Numbered from the stretch's first letter, positions 18,970-31,127 are shown. The stretch is DNA of 64,000 nucleotides from an uncultured bacterium (GCA_902779645.1 CACZCH010000011.1:7587-71586); one strand, 5' to 3'. Notes: generated from the letters alone by a model not told the origin. Numbers and translations are program-made.

Positions 18970-21900
18970 ATGGCGATTAATAAAGAAGATTTATATTTTT
19001 TCATTAAGAAACCGAGATTTGCGGTTGTAATATCAGTGATTATAGTAATCTTAGGTTTACTTTCACTATTTGGACTTCAACAGGAAAAGTATCCTAACAT
19101 TACACCTCCGCAGGTTACAATATCAGCTTATTATCCCGGTGCAAGTGCATCTGTTATTGAATCTTCTATAGCTTCGCTTCTTGAATCTCAGCTTAACGGT
19201 GTTAAGGATATGATTTATATGTCCTCAACCAGTTACGACGGAGCTTATAACTTAAATATATATTTTAAAACAGGTACTGATAATGATATCAACCTGATGA
19301 ATGTCCAAAATAAACTTCAACAGGTTCAATCACTTTTACCGCAAGAGGTTATGCAGCAAGGATTAACTGCGGAAAACAAAGTAGGCGGTGCGGGTGCCAT
19401 TATCTTAAACCTTGCATCTGATAACGAATCTTGGAATCAGCTTGATTTAACAAACTACGCTAATATTTACGTTAAAGATGCCATAAAAAGAATTAACGGT
19501 GTAGGTTCTGTTAACGTATTTGGTGCAGATGATTATTCTATGCGTATTTGGCTTGACCCTGCAAAACTGGCAAGTTACAAGGTTACAATTGCAGAAATCC
19601 AAAATGCAATAAGAACCCAAAATGTTCAACTTTCAGCAGGAGCTTTAGGTGACAAGCCGACAAACGCAAATCCAAGTTTAAAGCTTTCACTTCTTACAAA
19701 AGGAAGACTTCAGACACCTGAAGAATTCGGAAATATAATAATTCGGTCTAACAAAGACGGCTCAAAATTGAGACTAAAAGAATTATCCAGAGTTGAGTTG
19801 GGCGCAAAATCTTATTCTATGTTCGGTATAGTTGACGGTAAACCTGCTGCTTTAATTCAGGTTATGCCATTACCCGGTGCGAATACGGTTGAGATTTGTA
19901 ATAATATCTATAAAACGATGGATGAACTCTCTCAGACGCTTCCTGATTCATTAAAACTTGATATTATGATGGATAGCTCAGTATTTATTAATGAATCAAT
20001 GGATGAAGTTGAGTTTACAATTCTTTTAACTTCATTAATCGTAATATTAATTATATTTGTATTCTTAGGTGATTTTAAAGCAACTTTAATTCCTTGTGTA
20101 ACGATTCCGGTATCGTTAGTCGGTACATTTATTGCTTTAAAAGCATTAGGTATGTCATTGAACCTCCTAACCCTTTTCGCGTTAGTTCTTGCGGTTGCGG
20201 TTGTAGTAGATGATGCGATTGTTGTAATCGAAAACGTCAAACGGCATATTGAGGACGGAAAATCAGCGCTTGAGGCAACCCAAATTACAATGGGTGAAGT
20301 TGGCGGATCGCTTGTTGCAATGGCTGCCGTTCTTATGGCGGTATTTGTTCCGATGTGCTTTATGAGCGGTTTATCAGGTACTATGTATAAACAATTTGCT
20401 GTTTGTATCGCTGTATCAATTGCATTCTCTGCGGTTTGCGCTTTGTCACTTTCTCCTGCAATGTGCTCGATAATCTTAAAACCTGCTAAAAAGAAAGAAA
20501 ATGATAAATTAGCTTGGGTAAAAACTGCAAAAGAATACATAAATAAAGGACTTGAAATTTTCAATGAAAAGTTTGATAAACTAACTGATTATTATATAGA
20601 ACTTGTTAAAAAATTTGTTCACGATAAAAAACTTACAATAATTACGTACGTTGCAATAGTTCTTTTGATGCTTGGTTTATTCAAGGTTATTCCAACAGGA
20701 TTTATTCCTGATGAGGATCAGGGTATGTTAATCTCAGTTGTAACACTTCCTGACGGAGCTTCATTAAACAGAACAGAAGCTGTATGTAACAAATTTATCA
20801 GAGCCATAGATGGCATTGAAGGAATTGACAAAGACAGAGTAATTGCTTTTGGCGGGTTTGGACCGTCAAATCAGGCAACTATTGTTATTCAGCTAAAAGA
20901 ATGGGGTGAGCGCAAGGTAAATCCTATTGATTGGGTATTTCGTATAATTCAAGGCAGACAAACCGACCTTTCTCACAATGGAATTTTAACGGAAATATAT
21001 AAACGCACTGCTGATATTAATGAAGCTTCAATCTTTACACTTTCACCGCCGGCAATAGACGGTTTAGGTATGGCAGGCGGTTTTGAGTATCAGCTTATGT
21101 CAACAGGTAACGCAAGTGTTCAAGATCTTGCAGCTTTTGCAAATGAGTTTATTGCAAAAGCTAATCAAGATCCGGCTTTACAAAATGTTTATACACAATT
21201 CCAAGCTAACGTACCTCAGTATCAATTGGATATTGATTACGAAAAAGCTTTAGCTCAAGGCGTTGACTTAAATGAACTTCATAATACGCTTGCTTCAACC
21301 TTGTCATATTCATATATTAATGACTTTAACAAGCTGGGCAGGGTATTCAAAGTATTTATGCAGGCAGAGGGTGATTACAGAAACAAAATTGAAGATTTAC
21401 ATAAAATCTATGTTATGAATAAAAATGGACAACCTGTACCTATCATGACAATGATTACACCAAAACAAACCGTTGGCGCGGTTTCTATTACAAGGTTTAA
21501 CCAATTCCGTGCCGCTCAAATACAAGGTTCACCTGCAAATGGTAAATCCTCAGGTGATGCAATGAAGGCTATGGTTAATTTATCTAAAAAGAATTTACCA
21601 CACGACTACACTTTTGCATGGTCAGGAACATCTTTGCAAGAACTGGAATCATCGGGACAAACAGGTATTGTAGTCGGTTTTGCACTCTTATTTGTTTACT
21701 TATTCTTGGTAGCATTATATGAAAGCTGGATGATACCGGTTGCGGTACTTTTAATATCACCTGTCGCAATTGTAGGCGCATTAATATTCCAATTAATGAT
21801 GGGACAAGCGTTAGATTTGTATTCTCAAGTCGGTCTGATTACGTTAATCGGTCTTGCGGCTAAACAATCTATTTTGATTGTAGAGTTTGCAAAAGAAGAA

Positions 21901-22176
21901 CACGAAGCGCATGGTTTGAATATTTATGATGCGGCAATTAAGGCATCACTGTTGAGATTCAGAGCAATTATGATGACTGAAGCTGCATTTATCTTAGGTA
22001 TTTTACCATTACTGTTTGCTTCAGGCGCCGGTGCAAACAGCCGTATCTCAGTCGGTTCAACAGTAATCGGCGGTATGATTGTAGCAGCAACTTTAGGTAC
22101 TGTTTTAACTCCTGCTTTCTACGTAATAATACAAGATTTGGTTGATAAAAAATTTAATAACAGAAAAGAGGATTAA
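18970..22176 (+). CDS. RND multidrug efflux permease (HAE1/AcrB family)
   Basis: [47 protein letters not shown]. Confidence 0.95.
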   Translation: MAINKEDLYFFIKKPRFAVVISVIIVILGLLSLFGLQQEKYPNITPPQVTISAYYPGASASVIESSIASLLESQLNGVKDMIYMSSTSYDGAYNLNIYFKTGTDNDINLMNVQNKLQQVQSLLPQEVMQQGLTAENKVGGAGAIILNLASDNESWNQLDLTNYANIYVKDAIKRINGVGSVNVFGADDYSMRIWLDPAKLASYKVTIAEIQNAIRTQNVQLSAGALGDKPTNANPSLKLSLLTKGRLQTPEEFGNIIIRSNKDGSKLRLKELSRVELGAKSYSMFGIVDGKPAALIQVMPLPGANTVEICNNIYKTMDELSQTLPDSLKLDIMMDSSVFINESMDEVEFTILLTSLIVILIIFVFLGDFKATLIPCVTIPVSLVGTFIALKALGMSLNLLTLFALVLAVAVVVDDAIVVIENVKRHIEDGKSALEATQITMGEVGGSLVAMAAVLMAVFVPMCFMSGLSGTMYKQFAVCIAVSIAFSAVCALSLSPAMCSIILKPAKKKENDKLAWVKTAKEYINKGLEIFNEKFDKLTDYYIELVKKFVHDKKLTIITYVAIVLLMLGLFKVIPTGFIPDEDQGMLISVVTLPDGASLNRTEAVCNKFIRAIDGIEGIDKDRVIAFGGFGPSNQATIVIQLKEWGERKVNPIDWVFRIIQGRQTDLSHNGILTEIYKRTADINEASIFTLSPPAIDGLGMAGGFEYQLMSTGNASVQDLAAFANEFIAKANQDPALQNVYTQFQANVPQYQLDIDYEKALAQGVDLNELHNTLASTLSYSYINDFNKLGRVFKVFMQAEGDYRNKIEDLHKIYVMNKNGQPVPIMTMITPKQTVGAVSITRFNQFRAAQIQGSPANGKSSGDAMKAMVNLSKKNLPHDYTFAWSGTSLQELESSGQTGIVVGFALLFVYLFLVALYESWMIPVAVLLISPVAIVGALIFQLMMGQALDLYSQVGLITLIGLAAKQSILIVEFAKEEHEAHGLNIYDAAIKASLLRFRAIMMTEAAFILGILPLLFASGAGANSRISVGSTVIGGMIVAATLGTVLTPAFYVIIQDLVDKKFNNRKED

Positions 22177-22190
22177 CACAGCATAATACA

Positions 22191-22286
22191 TGTCATACTG
22201 AGCCATATATTCATTTTTGGCGAAGTATCTCGCCAAGGCTTGAAAAAGATTCTTCGGCTTTAAATAATTGTCACCTCAGAATGACA
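22191..22286. repeat. Palindromic intergenic element (TGTCAT.CTGAG ... CTCAGAATGACA type)
   Basis: Terminal inverted arms TGTCATACTGAG / CTCAGAATGACA and inner arms CGAAGTATCT / AGATTCTTCG. Confidence 0.75.
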
Positions 22287-22377
22287 CGCATAATAATAAA
22301 ACCAAACAAAAAGACGATATTAAGTAATTGATTTTTATGTATAATGAAGAAAATTACTAAGCATAGGAAAGAAGAGT

Positions 22378-23826
22378 ATGAGATTTAATAAAAAGATTTT
22401 AAGTTTAATAGTTTTGTCTTGCTTTGTATTAACCTCTGTTAGTACAGCAGAAGCTTTTTCTTTGAAGAAAAACAAAAATAATACGCAAGTTGTGACATTG
22501 CAAAAAAACAAAAAGAAACAGAAAAAAACGCAGGAAGAGCAGCCGCCTTATACAAACGAGGTTCACTCCGTATTTTCTTTGAATGACTGTATAGATAATG
22601 CTATTAAATATAATCCTGGCATTCAAGCTTCGATTTACAACGAAGATGTTTATAAATCACAAATCGGACAAGCCTGGGCTAATTATTTCCCTTCTTTAAG
22701 CGCAAGTTTGGAAGCTTCAAGAAGCGGTAATAAGTATATAGGAGGCAGTCCGTACGGCGGTTCTATGAGCCAATATACCACAATGGGATATGTACCGTCA
22801 GTTTCTGCCGATATGCTCCTGTTTGATTTTGGTAAGACAAAAGCAAGTGCTGATATGGCAAAAAGATATTATGAAGCTTCAAAAGAAAACACAAAAGAGA
22901 ATATAAACACAATAATCTACAACATTAAATCAACATACTATAATATTCTTTTTGCTCAAGCACAAGTTCATGTTTATGAAGATACCGTTGCTGATTATGA
23001 ACTCCAGTTGAATCAGGCATGGGGATTCTATCGCTACGGTACAAAACCGAAACTTGATGTTGTAACAGCTGAATACAACTTAGGTAAAGCAAAATTAAAT
23101 TTGGTTAAAGCAAAAAACGTCTTAGAAGTAGCAAAAGTTGAGTTATCTAAAATTATGGGTATGCCTGAATATACAAACTATGAACTTTCAGACCAGTTGA
23201 CTCTTAACCTTTTTGATATAACGGAAGAGGATGCCATAAAGATTGCTTTTGACGTTCGTCCTGAACTTATTTCAGCTCAAAAGAGCGCGGAAGCAGCAAA
23301 AATGAATCTAAGGGCAGCAAGAAGAGAATTCGCTCCTAACCTTGGTATATACGGAAGCTACGGTAACGGTATAGGAAACGAATACAATCTTCAATCGGGA
23401 CAAATCGGAGTCGGGCTTGCTTATAACGGCTTAAACCTTATGAGACTTAAAAAGCAGGTTGATGAGGCAAACGCTTCTTATAAAAAAGCAAAAGCTCAGT
23501 ATGAAGATACCAAACACGATGTTTATTTTAACGTTAAGAAAAACTACATGGATCTTGAAACAGACAGAGAAGCTATCGTGATTGCAAAACTTGCGCTTGA
23601 CCAAGCGAAAGAACAATACAGACAGGTAACAGGAAGATATAAAGCCGGAGTAGGTGATGCAATCGAACTTAAAGACGGTGAAAATACTTATTTGAATGCA
23701 CGTTTAGACTTTTATAATGCAATGCTAAATTACAATAACACAGCTGCAAGCTTAGAACGTGAAATCGGACTTCCTCTAAAACAAAAAGACGAAAAAGTCT
23801 TGAATGTTACAAAAGAAGATTTATAA
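22378..23826 (+). CDS. TolC-family outer membrane efflux protein
   Basis: Signal peptide, two OEP repeats, Y.AG.....EL motif; follows RND permease. Confidence 0.9.
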   Translation: MRFNKKILSLIVLSCFVLTSVSTAEAFSLKKNKNNTQVVTLQKNKKKQKKTQEEQPPYTNEVHSVFSLNDCIDNAIKYNPGIQASIYNEDVYKSQIGQAWANYFPSLSASLEASRSGNKYIGGSPYGGSMSQYTTMGYVPSVSADMLLFDFGKTKASADMAKRYYEASKENTKENINTIIYNIKSTYYNILFAQAQVHVYEDTVADYELQLNQAWGFYRYGTKPKLDVVTAEYNLGKAKLNLVKAKNVLEVAKVELSKIMGMPEYTNYELSDQLTLNLFDITEEDAIKIAFDVRPELISAQKSAEAAKMNLRAARREFAPNLGIYGSYGNGIGNEYNLQSGQIGVGLAYNGLNLMRLKKQVDEANASYKKAKAQYEDTKHDVYFNVKKNYMDLETDREAIVIAKLALDQAKEQYRQVTGRYKAGVGDAIELKDGENTYLNARLDFYNAMLNYNNTAASLEREIGLPLKQKDEKVLNVTKEDL

Positions 23827-23961
23827 GGGGGGTAAATATATTTTAGCCGGTTGAACACTTAAGGAGATTGGTGTAAGAAGTGTAGGGGTAAATGTATTTT
23901 AACCTGACGCTAGCCAGTAACGTGCATTTTAATGGAGAGAGGTCAACTATAAAGATTTTAC

Positions 23962-24032
23962 CGTCATTGCTGTACATGTCAAACAATTTGTACAAAAATG
24001 TAACTAATTATTTGACATGCAAAGCAATGACG
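23962..24032. repeat. Long imperfect palindrome (CGTCATTGC ... GCAATGACG type)
   Basis: Arms CGTCATTGC/GCAATGACG and CATGTCAAA/TTTGACATG. Confidence 0.65.
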
Positions 24033-24160
24033 TGATTTTTACAAGAGATTACCGTGTCACCTGTATTATCGCTTTTTACAATTACATGTAGAAAAATACT
24101 TTTTAGCTTAATATCTTTGCTCCCTATATACTTTATGTTATTATCAAATAGGAGGGACTT

Positions 24161-24520
24161 ATGTTTGAACTAAAAGCACAGATGTATTTTTCCGCAGCTC
24201 ATCACCTGCTTAATTATAATGGCAAGTGCGAAAATATGCACGGTCATAATTGGCTCGTTGAAGCCTTCGTTAGCGGAACAGAACTTGATAAAAGCAACAT
24301 CTTAGTTGATTATAAAGTTATTAAAAAACATCTTAAAGAGGTTTTGGATTATCTTGACCACAAAGATATAAATGAGCTTTCTGAATTCAAGGGTATCAGT
24401 CCGAGCAGTGAAGTTTTGGCTAAGTTTATTTACGAAAAGATGAAAGAAAGAATCCCTCAAACAAGCAAAGTTTCTGTTTGGGAAACTTCAACATCGTGTG
24501 CTTCATACTGGGAAGGGTAA
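24161..24520 (+). CDS. queD: 6-carboxytetrahydropterin synthase
   Basis: FSAAH.L..Y.GKC...HGHNW, LDH, PSSE.LA, VWET; strong GGAGG SD. Confidence 0.93.
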   Translation: MFELKAQMYFSAAHHLLNYNGKCENMHGHNWLVEAFVSGTELDKSNILVDYKVIKKHLKEVLDYLDHKDINELSEFKGISPSSEVLAKFIYEKMKERIPQTSKVSVWETSTSCASYWEG

Positions 24521-24526
24521 ATATAA

Positions 24527-25369
24527 ATGGATTTAATACAGTCAATTTTAATGGGTATAGTACAAGGATTGAGCGAATTTTTACCAATCTCCAGTTCTGC
24601 TCACCTTGTTTTTACATCCAATTTTTATAAAGTTTTTAAAGGAATCGAAATTGTTCAAGAATCAAACCAAGAAGTTTTTCTTGATATTATGCTCCATTTG
24701 GGAACACTAATTGCTGTTTTAATTTTCTTCAGAAAAGATATTATGGAGATTATAAAAGCGCTCTATTACGGTTTAAAGAACAAAGACTACGGTTCTAAAG
24801 AGTTTAAAACAGGATTATACATAATACTTGGTACGATTGTAACCGTTTTAATAGCTTTTCCTTTGAATGAAGTTGCTGAGTTTTTGGTATTTAAACCCGC
24901 AATTGTCGGAGGATTGTTAATATTCACAGGCTGTCTGCTTCTTTTCTCCGAATGGTGGGGGAAACGAATTCAAGATAAAAAAGATATAACCTTGAAAAGT
25001 TCTCTTCTAATAGCAATAGCGCAAGGTTTAGCTGCGCTTCCCGGGTTCTCTCGTTCGGGACTCACAATTGCAACAGGTCTTTTAAGCGGACACGACAGAA
25101 CAACAGCTGCAAGATATTCATTTTTGCTAAGTATACCGATTATCTTAGGTGCTTCTATGGTTTATCCGCTCGTTAAGCTCGATTTAGCCGAAGTTGTTAC
25201 GTATAATTGGATAGCAATAATTGTCGGGACAATAGTTTCAGGGATTGTCGGTTATCTTTGTATAAAATACTTCTTAAAATTTGTAGGCAGATTTTCTTTG
25301 GGTATTTTCGGATATTACTGTTTAATTATGGGTGTAGTAACCGCTGTATTTTTCAGCATAAATATGTAA
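24527..25369 (+). CDS. uppP: Undecaprenyl-diphosphate phosphatase
   Basis: GIVQGLSEFLPISSSAH, PGFSRSG, ARYSFLLSIP. Confidence 0.95.
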   Translation: MDLIQSILMGIVQGLSEFLPISSSAHLVFTSNFYKVFKGIEIVQESNQEVFLDIMLHLGTLIAVLIFFRKDIMEIIKALYYGLKNKDYGSKEFKTGLYIILGTIVTVLIAFPLNEVAEFLVFKPAIVGGLLIFTGCLLLFSEWWGKRIQDKKDITLKSSLLIAIAQGLAALPGFSRSGLTIATGLLSGHDRTTAARYSFLLSIPIILGASMVYPLVKLDLAEVVTYNWIAIIVGTIVSGIVGYLCIKYFLKFVGRFSLGIFGYYCLIMGVVTAVFFSINM

Positions 25370-25371
25370 TA

Positions 25372-26163
25372 TTAGATATGCTCAAATACAATATTGTTAT
25401 TTTTCCCGCTCAGAGGGCAGAAAAAGTCCTTTGCAAGCAGTTTTTTGTATAACTCTATTGCTTGATTATCAAATTCTCCGATAGCGAAAAGACTCCCTTT
25501 TTTTAGATTTCGATTTGCTGTGTAAATAACTTCATCAATATAATCATCACTTGTATACGGCAGTGCATTTCTGCTCATAACAATAGAATTACCGTTATCT
25601 TTAATGTTTTTTAACTCAGTTAAAATATCAGAACGTTTTATTATTAATTTTTCTTTTAATTCTTTTATAGGTTCGTAAGACGATATAGTATCAGATTCTG
25701 AAATATCATCTCCTTGAACCATTACAGAAACCTTCTTGTCTTTAAAATATTTTGTTAAATCATAACCGTAGAGTCTTAATGCTTCTGCAAATTCACTACT
25801 AAAAATATTAATTCTTCCGCTCCTTGCTGCAGCCAGTATTCTCTTATCTATATCAGAAGCAAAAACATTAGAAAACTTTGACTGTAACTCTTTCGGAACT
25901 TCTTCCATTACTGCTATTTTATATGAATAAGCTTCCGACAAATCCGAACACGCCAAAGAATAAGTGTTTACAACAGGTACATCTTTAAAATGAGGGACAG
26001 CATAACGTAATAAATCCCTCAAATCTATATCTTCTCTTAGAGTTTTGGAATATGTTTTTATAATCATTTTGCCGTAATGCTTGAAGTCTTTGTTAGCTTT
26101 TGGTGTATATTGTCTAAAACTGCTTTTAAAAACAGTCTGTTGATTTATCTTATGAATTTTCAT
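25372..26163 (-). CDS. CheR-like SAM-dependent methyltransferase-fold protein (degenerate)
   Basis: S.ACS..SEAYS, ASDID...L.AA..G, SRNALPY similar to CheR motifs; no chemotaxis genes nearby. Confidence 0.6.
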   Translation of the reverse strand: MKIHKINQQTVFKSSFRQYTPKANKDFKHYGKMIIKTYSKTLREDIDLRDLLRYAVPHFKDVPVVNTYSLACSDLSEAYSYKIAVMEEVPKELQSKFSNVFASDIDKRILAAARSGRINIFSSEFAEALRLYGYDLTKYFKDKKVSVMVQGDDISESDTISSYEPIKELKEKLIIKRSDILTELKNIKDNGNSIVMSRNALPYTSDDYIDEVIYTANRNLKKGSLFAIGEFDNQAIELYKKLLAKDFFCPLSGKNNNIVFEHI

Positions 26164-26214
26164 AATATTTATAAAAACAAAAAAATAAAAAAAATGCTAT
26201 GGTATAATTAATTT

Positions 26215-28890
26215 ATGCTTAAGGATTTATTGAAAGAGAGAATTCTTATATTAGACGGTGCTATGGGAACAAATATCCAAAAGTACGGTCTGGCAGAAAA
26301 GGATTATCGCGGAGAAATTTTTAAAAATCATTCTGTTGATTTAAAAGGAAACAACGATATTTTAGCTCTTACACGTCCTGATGTAATAAAGGATATTCAC
26401 AGACGCTTTTTGGAAGCAGGTGCTGATATTATTGAAGCAAACACTTTTGGCGCAAATAGAATTTCTCAGAGTGAATACAAATTAACAGATAAAATAAAAG
26501 AATTAAATCGTGCCTCCGTTCGTGTTGCGCGAGAAGCAGCCAAAGAATTCTCTACACCTGAGAAACCTCGTTTTGTAGTCGGTTCAATTGGTCCTACGGG
26601 GAAAACTGCTTCTATTTCTCCCGATGTGGAAAATCCGAGTTTTAGAAATATCACTTTTGATGAACTTGTAAATGCGTATGAAGAACAAGTTGAAGTTCTT
26701 ATAGAAGAAGGTGTTGACGGTTTTTTGGTTGAAACAATTTTTGATACTTTGAACGCTAAAGCTGCAATTTACGCAATAAATAGAGTGTCGGAAAAGAAAA
26801 AAGTTAACTTACCGCTTATGATATCCGTTACACTTACGGATAAGTCAGGCAGAACACTTTCGGGACAAAAATTGGAAGCATTTTATTACAGTATAGAATT
26901 CGCTAAACCTCTTTCTGTCGGTATAAATTGTGCAATGGGCATAAGCGATATGAAAGCACATATTATAGAACTATCCGATTACGTTAATTGTTATGTAAGT
27001 TTGTACGCTAACGCCGGACTGCCGGATGCTTTTGGCAACTACAAGGATTCTCCTGAAGTTATGGCAAAAGGATATGCCGATTTAGCAGAAAAAGGGTGCA
27101 TAAATATCGCAGGCGGATGCTGCGGTACAACTCCTGAGCATATAAAAGCAATTGCTGGAGCACTTAAGGATATTCCACCGAGACCGCTTCCGGCAAAAGT
27201 TAATAAATGTACTTTTTCAGGGCTTGAACCGTTTAGTTTTAAGCGCGGTAACAATAATTTTATTATGGTTGGAGAAAGAACAAACGTTACCGGTTCTCTA
27301 AAATTTGCTAAACTGATTGAAAATAACAATATTGAGGAAGCAATAAATGTTGCGCGCGAACAAATTGAGAAAGGCGCAAATATCATTGACATCAATATGG
27401 ACAAGGGTTTAATTGATTCAAAAAAAATGATGGTCGAATTTTTAAACTACGCCTCTACTGAACCTGAAGTTTCCAAAGTCCCGTTTATGGTTGATTCATC
27501 AAAGTTTGATGTTATTCAAGCTGGATTAAAATGTATTCAAGGGAAAGCTATTGTAAACTCAATAAGTCTTAAAGAAGGTGAAGAAAAATTCATTGAAAGA
27601 GCAAGAGAAATTAATAATCTTGGTGCTTCAATGATTATCATGGCATTCGATGAACAGGGGCAAGCTTCAACAACAGAGCGCAGAGTTGAAATAGTTGAAA
27701 GAGCGTATAAAATACTAAAAGAAAAAGTTTCTGTCCCCGATGAAAATATGATATTTGACTTGAATATTTTCCCCGTTGCAACAGGAATGAAAGAACATAA
27801 TATTAATGCAATCTCATTTATAGAAGCCACAAAAATTATCAAAACAAAATATCCGAGAGTTCTAATCTCCGGCGGAGTAAGTAATTTATCATTCTCGTTC
27901 AGAGGGCTTAACAAAATAAGAGAAGCTCTCCACAGCGTATTTCTTTATCACGCAATTAATGCAGGTATGGAAATGGGGATAGTTAATGCGGGAATGATTG
28001 AAATATATGACGAAATTGAAGAGCCTTTGAGAACTCTTTGCGAAAATGTAATTCTGAATAAATCCGATGATGCAGGAGAAAAATTGTTAGAATACGCTCA
28101 AAACCATACTGAAGAATTGAGCGGAAAAACAGATACAGATATTAAACATAGCGAATGGCGGGAAGCTTCTGTTGAAGAACGTTTACAATATGCTCTTCTT
28201 AAAGGAGACACAGAATATTTGGAAGAAGATGTCAAAGAAGCTCTAAATTTATACTCCCCGCTTGAACTCATTGAAAAACCGCTTATGGACGGTATGGATA
28301 AAATCGGAGTTCTTTTTGGAGAAGGGAAAATGTTTCTTCCTCAGGTTGTTAAAAGCGCCAGAGTAATGAAACAAGCCGTTGATTTAATAAAAATACATTT
28401 ACCGCAAAACAGCGAACAAAAACATATCGGCAAAATTGTACTGGCAACAGTAAAAGGTGATGTTCATGATATTGGCAAAAACATTTTGTCACTGATTCTA
28501 ACCTGCAACAATTTTGAGGTTATAGATTTGGGTGTAATGGTAAGCTGTAAAGATATTTTAGAAGCAGCTAAAGAATATAATGCTGACTTAATAGGACTTT
28601 CAGGGCTTATTACCCCTTCTTTAGATGAGATGATAATCGTAGCAGAGCAGATGGAAAAAGAAGGGCTAAACCTTCCCGGGCTTTTGATTGGCGGAGCAAC
28701 AACAAGCAAACTCCATACAGCCTTAAAGATTGCACCTAAATACCACGGAGTTGTTGTTCACACATCTAATGCCTCGGAGGTAGCTTCTGTTGCACAAAAA
28801 ATAATCAGCGGAGATAAAAATTTTATAAATTCAATAAAAACTGAACAACAAAGATTGGTTAAAGAGTATGAGCAGAATAAATATAATTGA
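26215..28890 (+). CDS. metH: B12-dependent methionine synthase lacking the C-terminal AdoMet reactivation domain
   Basis: [54 protein letters not shown]; ends just after the B12-binding domain. Confidence 0.92.
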   Translation: MLKDLLKERILILDGAMGTNIQKYGLAEKDYRGEIFKNHSVDLKGNNDILALTRPDVIKDIHRRFLEAGADIIEANTFGANRISQSEYKLTDKIKELNRASVRVAREAAKEFSTPEKPRFVVGSIGPTGKTASISPDVENPSFRNITFDELVNAYEEQVEVLIEEGVDGFLVETIFDTLNAKAAIYAINRVSEKKKVNLPLMISVTLTDKSGRTLSGQKLEAFYYSIEFAKPLSVGINCAMGISDMKAHIIELSDYVNCYVSLYANAGLPDAFGNYKDSPEVMAKGYADLAEKGCINIAGGCCGTTPEHIKAIAGALKDIPPRPLPAKVNKCTFSGLEPFSFKRGNNNFIMVGERTNVTGSLKFAKLIENNNIEEAINVAREQIEKGANIIDINMDKGLIDSKKMMVEFLNYASTEPEVSKVPFMVDSSKFDVIQAGLKCIQGKAIVNSISLKEGEEKFIERAREINNLGASMIIMAFDEQGQASTTERRVEIVERAYKILKEKVSVPDENMIFDLNIFPVATGMKEHNINAISFIEATKIIKTKYPRVLISGGVSNLSFSFRGLNKIREALHSVFLYHAINAGMEMGIVNAGMIEIYDEIEEPLRTLCENVILNKSDDAGEKLLEYAQNHTEELSGKTDTDIKHSEWREASVEERLQYALLKGDTEYLEEDVKEALNLYSPLELIEKPLMDGMDKIGVLFGEGKMFLPQVVKSARVMKQAVDLIKIHLPQNSEQKHIGKIVLATVKGDVHDIGKNILSLILTCNNFEVIDLGVMVSCKDILEAAKEYNADLIGLSGLITPSLDEMIIVAEQMEKEGLNLPGLLIGGATTSKLHTALKIAPKYHGVVVHTSNASEVASVAQKIISGDKNFINSIKTEQQRLVKEYEQNKYN

Positions 28891-30712
28891 TAAAATGAAT
28901 GAAACACCTCTTGTTTTTGATGGTGCTATGGGTACTGTTATATATGAAAAAGGGGTTTTTATAAACGCTTGTTTTGATGAACTAAACCTCACAAGACCGG
29001 ATTTAATTAAATCAATACACAAAGAATATATTGAAGCAGGTGCAGATGTTATTCTTACAAATACTTTCGGCGCAAATAAGTTTAAGCTGGAAAAATTCGG
29101 GCTGGGAAACAAAATCTATGACATTAATCTTGCAGGAGCAAAACTCGCAAGAGAAGAAGCGGGGGTAAATATTTACGTTTTGGGGAGCATAGGACCTTGT
29201 TTAAGTAAAGGTTCTTCTCTGACAATAGAAAATATTGATGAACTAAAAGAAAATTACAAAGCTCAAATTAAAGGTTTAGCGGACGGCGGAGTTGACGGAT
29301 TTATCATGGAAACTCATCATAATATGGATGAAATTAAATTCGGAGCAGAGCTTATAAAAAAGATTTGTCCGAATCAACCGTTAATAGTCTCTCTTGCTTG
29401 CAAAAAAGAAAAAGAAACCTTAAGCGGACTTGATATAAAAGAGGCTGTAAAACAGCTTGATAAAAACAATAACATTGATGCAATAGGACTAAATTGTATT
29501 ATCGGTCCTCACGCAATGTTATCAGTGCTGGAAGATGTTATTAATTTAACATCAAAACCTTTTATTGTTGAACCTAATGCGGGCCACCCTCAAAATGTTG
29601 ACGGAAGAATGATATATATGTCAACTCCCGAATATTTTACTACATATTCGCAAAACTATATCAGACTTGGTGTTAGAGGCGTTGGAGGCTGCTGTGGTAC
29701 AACACCAAAACACATTTCAGAAATGTCAAAAACAGTAAAAGCTCTTACCGGTGTAAAAAAACATGTCAAAATTGATAAGGTTGAAACATCTTCAGAACCT
29801 GATATAAAAATTACCCCAAAAGAAGAAAAAAGTGATTTTGCAAAAAAATTATTTTCAGGCAAAAAAGTTTTAACAATGGAGATTACTCCGCCGAGGTCAG
29901 TCGTTTTGGATTCCCTTTTAGATAAAGTAAGAGAATGCAAAAATGCAGGAGTCGATGCAATTAATATCCCCGACGGTCCGAGAGCAAGTTCAAGAATATC
30001 TTCACTTGTAACCGCTATTATGATTGAACGCGAAGTCGGTATTGAAACAATTCTACACTATTGCTGTCGTGACAGAAACTTAATAGGTATGCAATCCGAT
30101 TTGCTTGGAGGATACTCAGCAGGACTAAAAAATTATCTTATAATAACAGGCGACCCGCCTAAACTCGGAGACTACCCCGGAGCTACGGCAGTATTTGATA
30201 TTGATGCAGTCGGACTTACTAAAGTTGTACACAACTTAAACCACGGAGCAGATATTGCAGGCAACACTATTAATCCGCCCACATCTATTCTAATCGGAGT
30301 CGGTGCAAATCCTTGTGCTGTCGATATAGAAAAAGAAATTCAACATTTAAAAAATAAATATAATGCAGGGGCAGAATATGTAATAACACAACCCGTTTTT
30401 GATCAAAGTGCACTAATTTCATTTATTGAACGAGCAGAAAAAATCGGAATACATTTACCACTTGTAGCAGGTATTTGGCCTCTGATATCGCTTAAAAATG
30501 CTCTGTTTTTAAAAAACGAAGTCCCGGGAGTTTACGTACCTGATTCTATAATTGAAAGAATGGAAAAAGCAAAAACAAAAGAGGACGGCATTAAATACGG
30601 AATCGAAATTGCCCATGAAATAAAGGAACACATTAAATCATACGTAAACGGATACCAAATAAGCGCACCATTTGGGAAAGTAGATATTGCGCTTCAAGTT
30701 ACCAAAGATTAA
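28868..30712 (+). CDS. yitJ: Bifunctional homocysteine S-methyltransferase / 5,10-methylenetetrahydrofolate reductase
   Basis: [16 protein letters not shown]-terminal domain; C-terminal MTHFR (DRNLIG.QS.LLG, ITGDPP, ITQPVFD). Confidence 0.9.
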   Translation: MSRINIIDKMNETPLVFDGAMGTVIYEKGVFINACFDELNLTRPDLIKSIHKEYIEAGADVILTNTFGANKFKLEKFGLGNKIYDINLAGAKLAREEAGVNIYVLGSIGPCLSKGSSLTIENIDELKENYKAQIKGLADGGVDGFIMETHHNMDEIKFGAELIKKICPNQPLIVSLACKKEKETLSGLDIKEAVKQLDKNNNIDAIGLNCIIGPHAMLSVLEDVINLTSKPFIVEPNAGHPQNVDGRMIYMSTPEYFTTYSQNYIRLGVRGVGGCCGTTPKHISEMSKTVKALTGVKKHVKIDKVETSSEPDIKITPKEEKSDFAKKLFSGKKVLTMEITPPRSVVLDSLLDKVRECKNAGVDAINIPDGPRASSRISSLVTAIMIEREVGIETILHYCCRDRNLIGMQSDLLGGYSAGLKNYLIITGDPPKLGDYPGATAVFDIDAVGLTKVVHNLNHGADIAGNTINPPTSILIGVGANPCAVDIEKEIQHLKNKYNAGAEYVITQPVFDQSALISFIERAEKIGIHLPLVAGIWPLISLKNALFLKNEVPGVYVPDSIIERMEKAKTKEDGIKYGIEIAHEIKEHIKSYVNGYQISAPFGKVDIALQVTKD

Positions 30713-30721
30713 GAATCAGCT

Positions 30722-31009
30722 TTATGCAAAAATGCTGAAACGCTTAGCGTCTTCTTTTTGCTGTTTTTTGATATTTTCAAGCATTGCTTTCGCAAATTGA
30801 TATTGGATGCTGTTTGTAATTGAATCCAATTCCATTTGAGTATCCATAGCACAAAGCGCTTCTAAAGAATTACAGCCAATACCGCCGGTCGTATCACCCG
30901 GGTCGCATAACATATTCATGCGCGCATTGCTTATACGCATCATATTTAATGCTGCATTATTTTGCATATTGATATAGTGTGCAGCTGAAAAAGCTAGTAA
31001 TCCTGACAT
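30722..31009 (-). CDS. Small hypothetical protein
   Basis: 95-aa ORF with AGGAG SD. Confidence 0.7.
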   Translation of the reverse strand: MSGLLAFSAAHYINMQNNAALNMMRISNARMNMLCDPGDTTGGIGCNSLEALCAMDTQMELDSITNSIQYQFAKAMLENIKKQQKEDAKRFSIFA

Positions 31010-31127
31010 ATTTTCTCCTAACCTTAATACTCTATCATTATAACCTATTTTTCAGCATTGTCTAGTGTTTGTTTAATATAGGTTTAAAGAGAACATATTC
31101 GCCAATAATTATTTACCCCTTTGCCCT

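Noticed and set aside
23827-24160. preQ1 riboswitch upstream of queD
   Set aside because: No preQ1-I consensus hairpin plus A-rich tail found; the possible anti-SD pairing (CTCCCTAT/ATAGGAG) is weak.
25372-26163. CheR-like protein as the missing MetH reactivase
   Set aside because: Only adjacency supports it; the MetH activation domain has a different fold, and the gene is divergently transcribed.
26164-26214. SAM riboswitch or T-box before metH
   Set aside because: The intergenic gap is only about 50 bp and AT-rich, with no such structure.
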